Assembly: GCF_963921235.1 (NCBI RefSeq)
Contig: NC_086097.1
Coordinates: 110,982,001 to 111,046,000, forward strand
Direction: 5' to 3'
DNA length: 64,000 bases
Source: Mobula hypostoma
Lineage: Eukaryota
Positions 51,381 through 64,000 of this stretch are shown piece by piece. Both the position numbers and the translations under genes were made by a program. The notes below the pieces were generated by a model, which made no database searches, was not told the DNA's origin, and worked only from the letters and a program-made list of their open reading frames with translations. Within the stretch, counting starts at the first letter, position 1. Each line of letters opens with the position of its first letter.

Positions 51381-51789
51381 ATGCACTGGTTTAATATGAT
51401 GACAGCTTGTATATAAAAATTACCACAAAAGTTTTACCAATCCTCAGCTCACATACGTAACTACACAAGATCCCCTGTAATTTTTTTTATTACGTTCTCC
51501 ACAGAATATACCACCTATTGCCTATAACTCCAAATAAATTCATCCCCACACTTTTAAACGTGGGACTCAACACCCCCTGCATGGGTTTCCTCTGGGCACT
51601 CCAGTTCCCTCCCATATTCCAAAGATTTAGAATTAATAAGTTGTGGGCATGCTATGCTGACGCCAGAAGCGTGATGACTCTTGCAGGCTGACCCTAACAC
51701 AATGCTCACTGATTTGACCCAAATGACGCACTTCACTGTATGTTTTGATGTACATGTGACAAATAAAGCTAATCTTTAATCTCCTTTCA

Positions 51790-52610
51790 AACTGGATCCT
51801 TGACTTGCTGACCAATAGACCGCAATCAATAAGGATAAGCAGCAACACTTCTGCCATGATTATCCTCAATACTGATGCCCCACAATTGCATCCTCAGCCC
51901 CTTACTTTACAACTGCATAACCAGGATCTGCTCTCACACCATTTACAAGTTTGCAGATGACACCACAGTACTGGGTTGAAACACAAATAACAATGAATTG
52001 GAGTAGAGAAAGGAGAAACAGAGCCTGGTGACAAGGTGTCATGACAACCTTCCCCTCAATGTCAACAAAACAAAGGAGCTGGCCATTGATTTCAGGAAGG
52101 GGGATGGCTACATGCATGCTCCTGTTTACATCAATGGTGCTAGAGTCAAGAGTTCACGAGCCAAGGAGTAAACATCACCAACAGCCTTTCTTGGTCTAAC
52201 CATGTTGAAGTCATGTCCAAGAAAGCTCAACAGTACCTCTACTTCCTCAGGAGGCTCAAGAAATTTGGCATGTCCCCTTTGATCTTCACAAATTTTAAGT
52301 GTCTTATCGGGATAACCATATATAATTTTTTTGTTTTACACTGTTCTGCTGTCACAAAACAACACACTTCACAATGTATATCAGTGATAATAAACTTGAT
52401 TCTGATTGGTCTGGCAATTACTCTGAGCAGGACTACAAGAAACTGCAGACACAGCTCAGCACATCACAGGAACCACCCTCCCCTCCATGGACTGTCTGCA
52501 CCTCACTGCCACTGTAAAGCAGCCAGCTGGACATTCTTGCTTTTCTTCCCTTATCATCAGTCAGACCACCATACTCAAGGACAGTTTCCACCACACTCTT
52601 AAATGACAGC
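51790..52610 (+). mobile_element. Degraded Rex/L2-like RT fragment (V-SINE-like piece just upstream at ~51545-51780)
   Basis: YKFADDTTVLG; KKAQQYLYFLRRLKKFGMS. Confidence 0.65.
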
Positions 52611-55254
52611 TGGATGCGTCCCTAGACCAATAAGATATAATATTCACCTCACATTCTACCTCATAGAGGCCAGAGTGAAAACTGATATAAAAACTCTATT
52701 CATTTCGTCTGCCATTTCTTGGTCCTCATAATTACCTCTCCAGTGTCATTTCCCAGCGATCCAATGTCTATTCTTGTTTCTTGTATTTTTTATATATATG
52801 AAAAACGTTTGGTGTCCACTTATTTTTATTGGGGAGCTTACATTCATATTTTAAATTTTCTCTCCTGACATCAACCTTTTGAAATCCTCCCACTGTTAAC
52901 AGATGCTCCTTTCCATGCAATTAATCTCACCCAATAAACTACTGCAAGATATTTCCCAATAGCTCCATAATTTTCTCTGCCCAATTCAGGACCTTAACCT
53001 GTGAACATGTCATATCCTTCTCCATAAGTTTTTAAAACCTAGTAGAATTACTGTCACTGGATCCATGGTGCTCACGAAAAGACACTTCCTCTACCTCAAC
53101 CCTCAGTTATATCCTCTCTGGTAGGTCCCAAGTATATCGATAAAGGAAGCTTCTTTGCACACTTTTGACAAATTCCACTCCATCCAAGGAGTTGACCCCG
53201 AAATCAAAATCTCCTACTAAAATTACAGTATTATGTTCACAACTGGTTGCAACCTCGAATACAATTCCAGATTAATCATCCCCTCCTTGTTTCTAATTTT
53301 CTCCTATATTGCCTCACTAGAAAATTCCCCAAAATTATCTTTTCTCAGGAGCATTGCTATGTCCTCTTTCATCAAGGCAAATTCCTCTTCTTTTACCTGC
53401 ATGCCTGTGATACCTATAGCATTTGTATCCTGGGACAATGAGCTGCCAGTCCAGCCCTTCCCTCAGCCATTATTCTTTTATGGCTATAACATCCCAGTTC
53501 CCAGAGTCAATCCATGTCCCGAGTTCATCCAGCTGACGTGTTGAGCCTCTTCTATAGAAATAAATGCAGTTTAAATGAATTACTAAAAAAGCTCCTCAGA
53601 TCCCTTTTATGGGATTTGTAAGATATGCACGTGGATCAAAGAAAAATGGAGGGCTACATAGCAGAGAGTGTTAGATTGATCTTGGAGTAGGCTAAACAGT
53701 TGACACACCATTGTGGGCTAAAGACCCTGTACTGTGCTCTATGTGAAGAAGCACATAGACGGCCAGGGCTTAGAGGGATATGGGCTGATTACAAGAAACT
53801 GGGAGCAGTTGAGTGAGCACCAAGGTAGGCATGAGCTTATTGGACTGAAGGGCCTGCAACTGCGTTGTCCTGCTTTGACTTTGTCCTTCAGGAGGACCAC
53901 ACCAATTGCCCAAACTGACATTTCAACTACGCTCATCCTAAATAGTTAAGTTTAAAAAAAAAGTTATTTACAAACATTCAGAAATTTATACATAATTAAA
54001 ATATATTGCCCACCCAACCCTCTACTTCCTTAATTTGTAGCCCCTAACACCCTTGAAATCAATGGGGTCTGTCTATTCCAGGTCCCACTGAGCAAAAAAT
54101 CATAGTGGATACTTCACAGAGTCCTCACGTAATGCACAGTAACAGATGTGATCAGTAAGAGAATTCCACAGATGTCTAAGGCTTAAATAGCAACACAAGA
54201 GGCCAAATGCATGTAAGCAAGATGTACTGCAATAAACCAAATAAACCTGAGATGCCCAGAGCTCTGGTTAGAAAACAGAATATTTGTGCACATGGAGGAA
54301 CTGAGGGGGCAAAAAAACATCTGGTTAAATCACTCTTAGTTCATCTTTTGCACATGTCCATCTGTTTTTAGGTAATAGGGAGATTAGTTGTAAATAATTG
54401 TTCACATAAGCATTAATTACTTCCAAAAGGAATTTTAAAGGTAGTACATAGAAAGGAAAAGAAATAAAGTCTGAAGCTGGCAAGCTGTCAGGTCTTCCAT
54501 GGTTTTATTTGCTTAATCAATTTTACAGGGATCACCAGGAGGCTGGGGCTGAGAGCAAGCATCTGGAAGATTAAGCAGTATTGATTCTTACTCAGTAACA
54601 GCAACTGAATTCAGCATCTTGAAACGTTAAAGGAAAACCAATGTAGTCACCACAAAACCCCAATATTAATTGGAAGACTGGACAAACCAATGGTCACACT
54701 TCTGCAAATCAATATCTCTAGCACTGAGGCTCTAACCAGTTTCCACCAACAACATTGGGTATACCCCATCATCAATATGCTTTAGCCCAATCCACCAACA
54801 CAAACACTCTATTCCAAATTCCAACAAAGTAAGAAAACTTGTGGGACATTTGTTACATCGACACTGATTCATGGGATCCCTGCACCGTAACAAATGAAAA
54901 TCTTTTTAAAAAGCATTACGGAAAGTACTAGGCAAAAGCCTCTTCAATAAGAACTGAGTGTTGCAGAGTGCCACATTCAGCTAGCATACAATCCACAGAA
55001 CTGGAGTGGGAACAAGCTGACCACAACCCTGGGTGACAGACTACAATAACTAGTTCGATGCAAATTGCAATCAGATTTTGTAGAATTGCTACAACTAATT
55101 TGGTATTTACATTGAACCTTCTGTTCATATACTTAAGGATATTTGACATTTACAGTTAACAAAGCAATGATTGCTAGAACGTTATTTAAAATAAAGTGAG
55201 GTGTTTACTGATAGATTTTAAAATTTATAAGAAGTTCGGTGGTCTCCATGCCAT

Positions 55255-57115
55255 GATACCTCCCTGTGCAACTGGATCCTCTATTTCCACATTTGCAGAC
55301 CCCCCGTCACTATGGATTGGCAACCAAATCTCTTCACCAATCACCATCAGCACAGGTGCATCACAAGGCTGTGTGCTGAGCCCCCTGTTATACTCACTTC
55401 CTGTCAGATCACCGGCAGGTGGTAAGAGTGGGCTCACTCACCTCAACACAGAAGCCCCCCCAGGGCTGTCTCCGAAGCCCCCTCCTTAAATCTCAGTACA
55501 CGCATGACTGTGTCGCCACTTGCAGCACCAATCTGCTAATTAAATTTGCTGACGATACTACATATTATCTCAAATAATAACGAGGCAGCCTACAGAGAAG
55601 AAGTCATCACCCTGACACAGTGGTGTCAAGAAAACACACCCCCCCCCCCCAAATCACAAAAACAGAGGAGCTGGTTGTGGACTACAGCAGGAATGGAGAC
55701 AGGCTAACCCCTATTGACATCAATGGATCTGGGGCTGAGAGGGTGAACGGCTTCAAGTTCCTCAGTATACACATCACCAAGGACCTCACGTAGTCTGTAC
55801 GTACTGGCTGTGTGGTGAAAAAAGCACAACAACACCTCTTTCACCTCAGATGGCTGAAGAAGTTTAGCGCAAGTTCCCAAATGCTCAGGACTTTCTATAA
55901 GGGCACAACTGAGAGCACCCTGACTAGCTGTATCCCTGCCTGGTATGGGGACTGTACTTCCCTCAATCACAGGACTCTGCAGAGAGCAATGTGGACAGCC
56001 TAGCGCACCTGTGGATGTGAACTTTCCACTATTCAGGACATTTACAGCGACAGGTGCATAAAAAGGGCCCAAAGTAACATTGGGGACCTGAGTCACCCCA
56101 ACCACAAACTGTTCCAGCTATGACCATCCGGGAAACAGTATCAAAGCCAGGACCAACAGGCTCCGGGACAGCTCCTTCCATCAGGCCATCAGGCTGCTTA
56201 ATTCACGCCGATATAATTGTATTTCTAAGCTAAATTGACTGCTCTGTTGTATTTCTTACCGTACAAACCATTTATTACAAATTACTATAGTTTGCTTTAA
56301 GGTGGAAACGTAACTTAGATTTGTGCTCCTTATGTATGTGAAGAATGTAAGAAATAAAGTCAATTCAACTCTTATGACTGCGTGGACAAGTACAACTCCA
56401 ATGCCATAATGAAGTTTGTTAACACCACCATTGTTGTTGGACAAATCAATAAACTGGCAAACCTGAGGGAGACTGAAAATCTGGTGCCACAACAATTTCT
56501 CACTCAATATCAGCAAAACCAGAAAACCGATTATTGACTATAGGAGGAAGAAGCCAGTTACATGAGCCAGTCCATATTAGGGGAAATGGAGGTGGAGTCA
56601 TCAGTAGGTTTAAATTCCTTGGCGTTACCATACCAGAGGATCTGTCCTGGAACCAGCATGCAAGTCCATCATGAAGGTAGCACAACAGCGCCTATTTTCT
56701 TAGAAGCTTGCACCTCATCTAAAACTTTGACAATCATCTATAGATAGATACACAATGGGGAGTATCCTGACTGGTAGCATCATGGCTTGGTATAGAAACA
56801 CTGATAACCAGGAACATAAAAGTCTACAAAATGTGGTGGATACAGCCCTGTCCATGACAGGCAAAGCCCTCTCCATCAGGCTCCTGAACAAGCATGCAAA
56901 GCTTCACTCACCTCAGCGATGAACTGACTCCACAACCTACAGACTCACTTTCAAAGACTGCAACTCATGTTCTGTCGTATTTATTTACACATTTTGTCTT
57001 CTTTTGCAAATTGTCAGTCTTTGTTTATGTATAGTTTTTCATAAATTTCTACTGTATTTCTTTATTTTCCTCTAAATGCCAGCAAGAAAATGAATTTCAA
57101 GGTAGTATGTAGTGA
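55255..57115 (+). mobile_element. Two tandem degraded Rex/L2-like 3' fragments
   Basis: STGASQGCVLSPLLYSL, KFADDT, VKKAQQHLFHLRWLKKF; first 3' end aataaagtcaattcaa at ~56385. Confidence 0.7.
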
Positions 57116-57118
57116 CAT

Positions 57119-57350
57119 TATCATCATCATCAGGTGCATGCCCAGATTGAGTTTTGACTGCCATGGCCCACACACTCCTGTTACAGGCAAGTGGATCAAA
57201 TCATTGGTATTCATTGCTGTCTCCATCATCATTTGCCTTTGCCTTCCTTTTGCTTTCTTCCCTTCAATCTTTCCCATAATTACTGTGCATTCTAACTCCT
57301 CTTTCCTAATCACATGTCCAATGAAAGTTACGTTGTTTTTTCATGATCAT
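57119..57350 (-). mobile_element. RTE-clade 3' fragment (same family as 40556-41890)
   Basis: IRKEELECTVIMGK peptide shared; (ATC)n tail on + strand. Confidence 0.85.
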
Positions 57351-57654
57351 TATACATACTTCAATAATGAACTTACTTTGAACTTTGAACTAAATTTTCT
57401 GACAGGAACTATTGGACCCCAAACCTACTTCCTACGAAGGTATCTAGTTAGGCCTGGAATTCATTATTTCAGATTGCAGCTAGCAGACCAATCGCCAGAC
57501 TTCAACATGAAATCTACGAAAAGATACATGGAAATGTTCAAAGGTCAGTCATTCGCCAGCAAATCTCACCATTGAATCTGTTGTTATTCCTGCTTCTCTG
57601 AGGTGGATGGCCACACATTCAAACATTCAACTCCCTTCCATACTTACTGCTCAC

Positions 57655-57738
57655 CTTATCTTGCTCCAATTGTTCAATTAAATTCTTTGCATCTCGAAGC
57701 TGAGTAATCAGTTTCGTCTTCTCAGCTGTGTGCAGATC
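57655..57738 (-). CDS. GOLGA4: Golgin subfamily A member 4 (golgin-245), internal coding exon, 84 nt, phase 0-0
   Basis: Minus strand reads ttttgttttcag|GAT CTG CAC...CAA GAT AAG|gtgag and translates DLHTAEKTKLITQLRDAKNLIEQLEQDK, matching GOLGA4 as I recall it (DLHMAEKTKLITQLRDAKNLIEQLEQDK). Not in the ORF track. Confidence 0.92.
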
Positions 57739-57962
57739 CTGAAAACAAAATGAACATTGCTTGATATTGTCGATGGAATTTATAACAAAGTTGCAAGCTG
57801 TTTGCCCAACTTGTCAGTAGTCCTTCTCCACACAAAATTCCTTGACCCCCATAGATACCAAGGCACTAGACTTGCAAACTAAACTAGTAAAGATATCCCT
57901 GTCCTTCCCCCCTCATGCTCTGAACTAACTTGGCTTCAAATGCTATTGCACAAAATTTTCAC

Positions 57963-58097
57963 ACATCAAAGTTGCTGGTGAACGCAGCAGGCCAATTCTG
58001 CAGATGCTGGAAATTCAAGCAACACACATCAAGTTCACCAGCAACTTTGATGTGTGTTGCTTGAATTTCCAGCATCTGCAGAATTCCTCATGTTTAC
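57963..58097. repeat. Palindromic insertion built from Penelope-like 3' terminal sequence
   Basis: Flanked by 15-bp direct repeat gcacaaaattttcac (57948-57962, 58098-58112); arms 57995-58032 and 58047-58085 are reverse complements. Confidence 0.85.
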
Positions 58098-58809
58098 GCA
58101 CAAAATTTTCACGAGTTTGTAAAATGCAATTTCATTTCAGATGTATCTAAATTTTCTATCAACAGCAAAATAGCAACACACATTAGCAAGCCTCGAAAAA
58201 AGCTATAAGTAATCAAGCAACCTCTGTACTACTTTTCCGACAATTATTGTTGGTTGGCTTCAAGTTAAGAAGATTTCTAATACCCAGCTATAATTATATT
58301 ATTAACTTGGCTGAACAGCTAAAGAAAGTAAACAATTCTCTGACAAGATGCAAAATTAGGTGCACATATTTTAATACAAATTTTCCAAGACCTTGCAGAA
58401 CTCGAGGGCAATGTCCAGACCACACACCTGGACTTGGCTCTTTGGGCTGAAAATTAGAAGAGGATCTATGCTGTGCCCAATTTGAGGCAATTGAGACAAA
58501 TAGAGACTGGCTTCATTTATGTCTGCCATTATCCAGGACTTGGTTCAAAGTCCAATTCAATGTTGACTTACTTCATGACAGACATGACACTGAAAGTCAT
58601 TCTGGTGCATTGCAGTCTGGTCCAGTCACTTACACCCAGAAAGTATACCTGCAAAAGATGCTGGTGCACCAGACTCAAATACACCTGCGTGGGCTCCATT
58701 TTTCTTTGCTCCACAGTCACGTTCATTATTCCAAAATTAACTGTCACTAATCTTTGCAGTGAGTATAACCAAACTACAAACTATATACTTATGGGCCTTA
58801 TGACTGCCA

Positions 58810-59121
58810 GTCTGGGTACGTGGCTGGGTGGTTAAGGCATTGGACTAGCTACCTGAAGGTCATGAGTTCGAGCCCCAGCCGAGGGAACGTGTTGTGTCCT
58901 TGAGCAAGGCACTTAATCACACATTGCTCTGCGATGACACTGATGCCAAGCTGTATGGGTCCTAGTGCCCTTCCCTTGGACAACATTGGTGTCGTGGAAA
59001 GGGGAGACTTGCAGCATGGGCAACTGCTGGTCTTCCATACAACCTTGCCCAGGCCTGCGCCCTGGAGAGTGAAGATTTTCCAGGCGCAGTTCCATGGTCT
59101 CGCAACTAACGGATGCCTTAA
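58810..59121 (+). mobile_element. tRNA-derived CORE-like SINE
   Basis: A box TGGCTGGGTGG, B box GAGTTCGAGCC, CORE-like gtgtccttgagcaaggcacttaa; 11-bp TSD tatgactgcca (58799-58809, 59122-59132). Confidence 0.85.
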
Positions 59122-59491
59122 TATGACTGCCAACAGCTGGGTTGATATCCAAAATATCTCAAGGGTCTGCTCTGTACAATTCGAGCATCCATATTCATCT
59201 GCTCATGAAGTTTACCAGTATTTAATTCAATATCCCAACTAAGGGCACATCAATGTTCAATGTGATTTTTCTGCTTTCATACAAAATTCCTCTATCGATA
59301 AAGCCCAAGATTGTTCATCTCCATCATCACTTTCTGCCCTGCCACTTGCAATGACTCATGTGCCCATATATCTAGGTCCATTTGCTCCTGCTCCCCTTCC
59401 ACATGTATATATTGCCTCATGGAACAGCAGACTACTTATTACATTAGGGGAAGAAAGAGTCTGACAACCTACCCATCACAATGGCTGTCAC

Positions 59492-61060
59492 TGGTGGGCT
59501 TCACAGCTGGACAGGTGAAAAGACAGGTGAAATGTCTCAACCCAAGCAAGGCTGCAGGACCAGATGGTGTCAGTACCAGGGTGCTCAAAGCCTGTGCCCC
59601 TCAGCTATGTGGAGTACTTCGCCATGTATTCAACCTGAGCCTGAGGCTCCGGAGGGTTCCTGTGCTGTGGAAGACGTCCTGCCTCGTCCCTGTGCCGAAG
59701 ACGTCGCGCCCCAGTAGCCTCAATGACTACAGACCGGTGGCATTGACCTCCCACATCATGAGGACCCTGGAGAGACTTGTTCTGGAGCTGCTACGGCCTA
59801 TGGTCAGGCCACACTTAGATCCCCTCCAGTTCGCCTACCAGCCCCTACTCGGAGTTGAGGATGCCATCGTCTACCTGCTGAACCGTGTCTATGCCCACCT
59901 GGACAAGCCAGCGAGCACTATGAGGGTCATGTTTTTTGACTTCTCCAGTGCGTTCTACACCATCCGCCCTGCTCTACTGGGGGAGAAGCTGACAGCAATG
60001 CAGCTGGATGCTTCCCTGGTATCATGAATTCTTGATTACCTGACTGGCAGACCACAGTACGTGTGCTTGCAACACTGTGTGTCCGACAGAGTGATCAGCA
60101 GCACTGGGGCTCCACAGAGGACTGTCTTGTCTCCCTTTCTCTTCACCATTTACACCTCGGACTTCAACTACTGCACAGAGTCTTGTCATCTTCAGAAGTT
60201 TTCTGATGACTCTGCCATAATTGGATGCATCAGCGAGGGAGATGAGGCTAAGTACAGGGCTACGATAGGAAACTTTGTCACATGGTGTGAGCAGAATTAT
60301 CTGCAGCTTAATGTGAAAAAGACTAAGGAGCTGGTGGTAGACCTGAGGAGGGCTAAGGTACCGGTGACCTCTGTTTCCATCCAGGGGGTCAGTGTAGACA
60401 TGGTGGAGGATTACAAATACCTGGGGATACGAATTGACAATAAACTGGACTGGTCAAAGAACACTGAGGCTGTCTACAAGAAGAGTCAGAGCCGTCTCTA
60501 TTTCTTGAGGAGACTGAGGTCCTTTAACATCTGCCCGACGATACCGAGGATGTTCTATGAGTCTGTGGTGGCCAGTGCTATCATGTTTGCTGTTGTGTGC
60601 TGGGGCAGCAGGCTGAGGGTAGCAGACACCAACAGAATCAACAAACTCATTCGTAAGGCCAGTGATGTTGTGGGGATGGAACTGGACTCTCTCACGGTGG
60701 TGTCTGAAAAGAGGATGCTGTCTAAGTTGCATGCCATCTTGGTCAATGTCTGCCATCCACTACATAATGTACTGGGTGGGCACAGGAGTACATTCAGCCA
60801 GAGACTCATTCCACCGAGATGCAACACAGAGCGTCATAGGAAGTCATTCCTGCCTGTGGCCATCAAACTTTACAACTCCTCCCTTGGAGGGTCAGACACC
60901 CTGAGCCACTAGGCTGGTCCTGGACTTATTTCAGAATTTACTGGCATAATTTACATATTACGATTTAACTATTTATGGTTCTATTACTATTTATTATTTA
61001 TGGTGCAACTGTAACGAAAACGAATTTCCCCCGCGATCAATGAAGTATGACTATGACTAT
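59492..61060 (+). mobile_element. 5'-truncated Rex1/Babar-like LINE, near-identical to 9996-11545
   Basis: ORFs 59311-60027 and 60061-60912 are separated by an in-frame TGA; (ATGACT)n tail. Confidence 0.92.
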
Positions 61061-61247
61061 AATTGTACATCCCATCAAGACATCCTTCAGCCTCTAACAT
61101 CCAGAGGGGGATAAACATAGTTTGCTCAAGCTCTCTTTACAGCTAATTAAGGCAGCATCCTGATGAACCTCATCTCAACCCTCTCCAAACCCTTCCAATA
61201 ATTCAGTGACTGGAACTGCAGACAACAGTCCAAATGTCGTCTAACTA

Positions 61248-63810
61248 AACATAGAAACATAAAAATCTACAGCACATTGCAGGCCCTTCACCCACAATGT
61301 TGTGCCAAACATGTAACTTACTCAAGAAACTGCCTAGAATTTCTCTACCGCATAACCCTATATTATCCTAAGCTCCATGTATCCAGCCAAGAGTCTGTTA
61401 AAAGACCCTATTGTATCTGCCTCTACCAGCGTCACTGGCAGTGCATTCTACACGCCCACCACTCTCTGTGTGAAAAACTTACCTCCAACATCCCCCTTAT
61501 ACCTACTTTCAAGCACCTTAAAACTATGCCCCCTCATGTTAGCCATTTCAGCCCTGGGAAAAAGCCTCTTGCTATCCACATGATCAATGCCTCTCATCAC
61601 CTTATACACCCCTGTCAGGTCACCTCTCATCCTCCGTCGCTCCAAGGAGAAAAGCTTAAGTTCAACTAAACTGCTCTCCGATCCAGGCAGCATCCTTGTA
61701 AATCGCCTCTGCAGTCTCTCTGTAGTATTCACATCTTTCCTGTAATAAGGTGACCAAAACTGAACACAGTACTCCAAGTGGGGTATAACTAAAATCTTAT
61801 ATAGCTGTAACATTACCTCATGGCTCCTGAGCTCAATCCCACAGTTGATGAAGGCCAACACACCATACACCTTCTTAACACTGTCAACCTGCACAGCAGC
61901 CTTGAGTGTCCTATGGACACGGACCCCAAGATCTCGCTGATCCTCCACACTGCCAAGAGTCTTACCATTAATATTATATACTGTCTTCAAAATTAACCCA
62001 CCAAAATGAAATACTTCACACTTACCTGGGTTGAACTCCATCTGCCACTTCTCAGCCTAGTTCTGCGTCCTATTGATGCCCCACTGTAATCTCTGACAAC
62101 CCTGCAGACTATCCATAACACCTCCAACTTCTGTCATCAGCAACCTTATTAATCCACATTTCTACTTCCTCATCCAGGTCAGTTATAAAAATCCCAAACA
62201 GGAGGGTCCTGTGGAACACCGCTGGTCACCGTCCTCCATGCAGAATAAGAACCATCCACAGCCACCCTTTGCCTTCTGTGGCCAAATCAATTCTGAATCC
62301 ACAAAGCAAGGTCTCCTTGGATCCCATGCCTCATTACTTTCTGAATGAGCCTCACATAGAAAATGCCTTACTGATATCCATATACATTACATCCACTGTT
62401 CTACCTTCATCAGTGTGTTTTGTTACATCCTCAAAGAATTCAATCAGGTTAAAAAGGCATGACCTGCCCCTGACAAAGGCACGCTGACTATTCCTAATCA
62501 GATTATGTCTTTCAAAATGCTCATAAATCCTGCCTCTCAGGATCTTCTCCAACAACTTGCCCACCACTGAATTAAGACTCACTGGTCTATAATTTCCTGG
62601 GTTATCGCTACTCCCTTTCTTGAACAAGGGAACAATATTTTTAACCTTCAAATCCTCTGATACTTCTCCCGTCCCTATTGATTATACAAAGATCATTGCC
62701 AGAGGCTCAGCAACCTCCTCCCTCACTCCCCACAGTAGCCTGGGGTATATCTCAGCCGGTCCTGGTGACTTATCTAACAATATCTTTCAAAAGCTCCAAC
62801 GAATCCTCTTTCTTAATGTCTAGCATTCCAGTCTGCTGCAAGTCATCCCCACAATTGCCAAGGTCCTTTTCACTGGTGAATACTGAAGCAAAGTATTCAC
62901 TAAGTACCTCCGCTACTTCCTCCGGCTCCATTCACATTTCCACTCTCATTCCTGATTGGTCCCATTCTCACACAGCTCATCCTCTTGCTCTTCACATGCT
63001 TGTAGAATGTCTTGGCATTTTCCTTAATTCAGCTTGCCAAGGCCTTCTCATAGCCCCTTCTAACTCTCCTAATTTCATTCTTGAGCTTCTTCCTGGCATC
63101 CTTGTAATTTTCTAGAGCTCTAACAGTACCTAGTTTCTTGAACCTTTTGTAAATTTTTCTTTTCTTAACTAGATTTTCTATATCCTTTGTACACTACTGT
63201 TCTTTTACCCTACCATCCTTTCCATACTTCTAAGCAGATCGCCATGCAAATTTTCCCTGAACATTTGCCATATTTCTGCTGTGCACTTCCTTGAGAACAT
63301 ATGCTCCCAATTTATGCTCTCAAGTTCCTGCCTAATAACCTATTTCCCCCTACCTCAATTAAATGCTTTCCCAAACTGTCTGCTCCTATCCCTCTCCAGC
63401 ACTACGGTGAAGGCAATAAGTGTTGTGATCCCTACCTCCAAAATGCTTTCCCACTGATACCTGACACATGACCAGGTTCATTTCCCAATACCAGATCAAG
63501 AACAGCCTCTCCTCTAGTTGGCTTATTGCATAGGAAACCTTCCTGAACACACCTAACAAACTCCACCCCATCTAAACCCCTTGTCTAAGGAGATGCCAAT
63601 AAATATTCTGAAAGTTAAAATCACCCAACCCTATTATTGTGGCACTGTTCCAGAATCTGCCTTGCTATCTGCTCCTCGATGTCTCTGTTATTAATGGGGG
63701 GGTGTGTCTATAAAAACACTCAGAGTATTGCCCCTTCCCGTTTCTAACTTCAACCCACAATGACTCAGTAGACAATCCCTCCATGACTTCCTCCTTTCCT
63801 GCAGCCGTGG
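61248..63810 (-). mobile_element. Degraded CR1 LINE (endonuclease to 3' end)
   Basis: MEFNPGKCEVFHFG, PLFKKGSSDNPGNYRPVSL; aacatagaaacat tail. Confidence 0.8.
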
Positions 63811-64000
63811 TTACTATCCCTGACCACTAAAGATTTATACAGCGGCAACATGACTTCCTGACTTTTGTACACAACATCCTGACCAGTGAAGGTAAGTATG
63901 CCACATGCCTTCTTTACTACCTTGTCTATTTCTGTTGCCACTTCTAGACAGTAATGGACTTAGACCCAAGATCCCTTTGTACATTGGTGTTCTTAAGGGT

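Noticed and set aside
58815..58885. tRNA gene
   Set aside because: The tRNA-like head continues into a SINE body and is bounded by an 11-bp TSD.

Overview
Eukaryotic (vertebrate) genomic DNA, not prokaryotic. The repeat landscape (many CR1 LINEs with esterase ORF1, Rex/Babar-like and RTE LINEs, Penelope-like elements, V-SINEs) suggests a cartilaginous fish, probably a ray (inference). The window lies inside a minus-strand host gene. Three phase-compatible GT-AG coding exons (57738-57655, 44765-44618, 22570-22392) encode a coiled-coil segment that I recognise as golgin-245/GOLGA4. Most of the rest is nested transposons: a near-intact CR1 (14994-19210), a full-length Rex/Babar-like LINE, a Penelope-like element with inverted terminal repeats carrying hammerhead-ribozyme motifs, a rearranged endogenous retrovirus with a tRNA-Leu PBS, and hAT, Harbinger and mariner non-autonomous elements with recognisable TIRs and TSDs. 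The most notable observation is a correctly phased T TTA AAC slippery heptamer directly before the ORF1 stop in three divergent CR1 copies. In two of them ORF2 is open in the -1 frame, suggesting programmed -1 ribosomal frameshifting in a non-LTR retrotransposon. Family names come from motif recognition only; no searches were run. Boundaries of degraded repeats are approximate.
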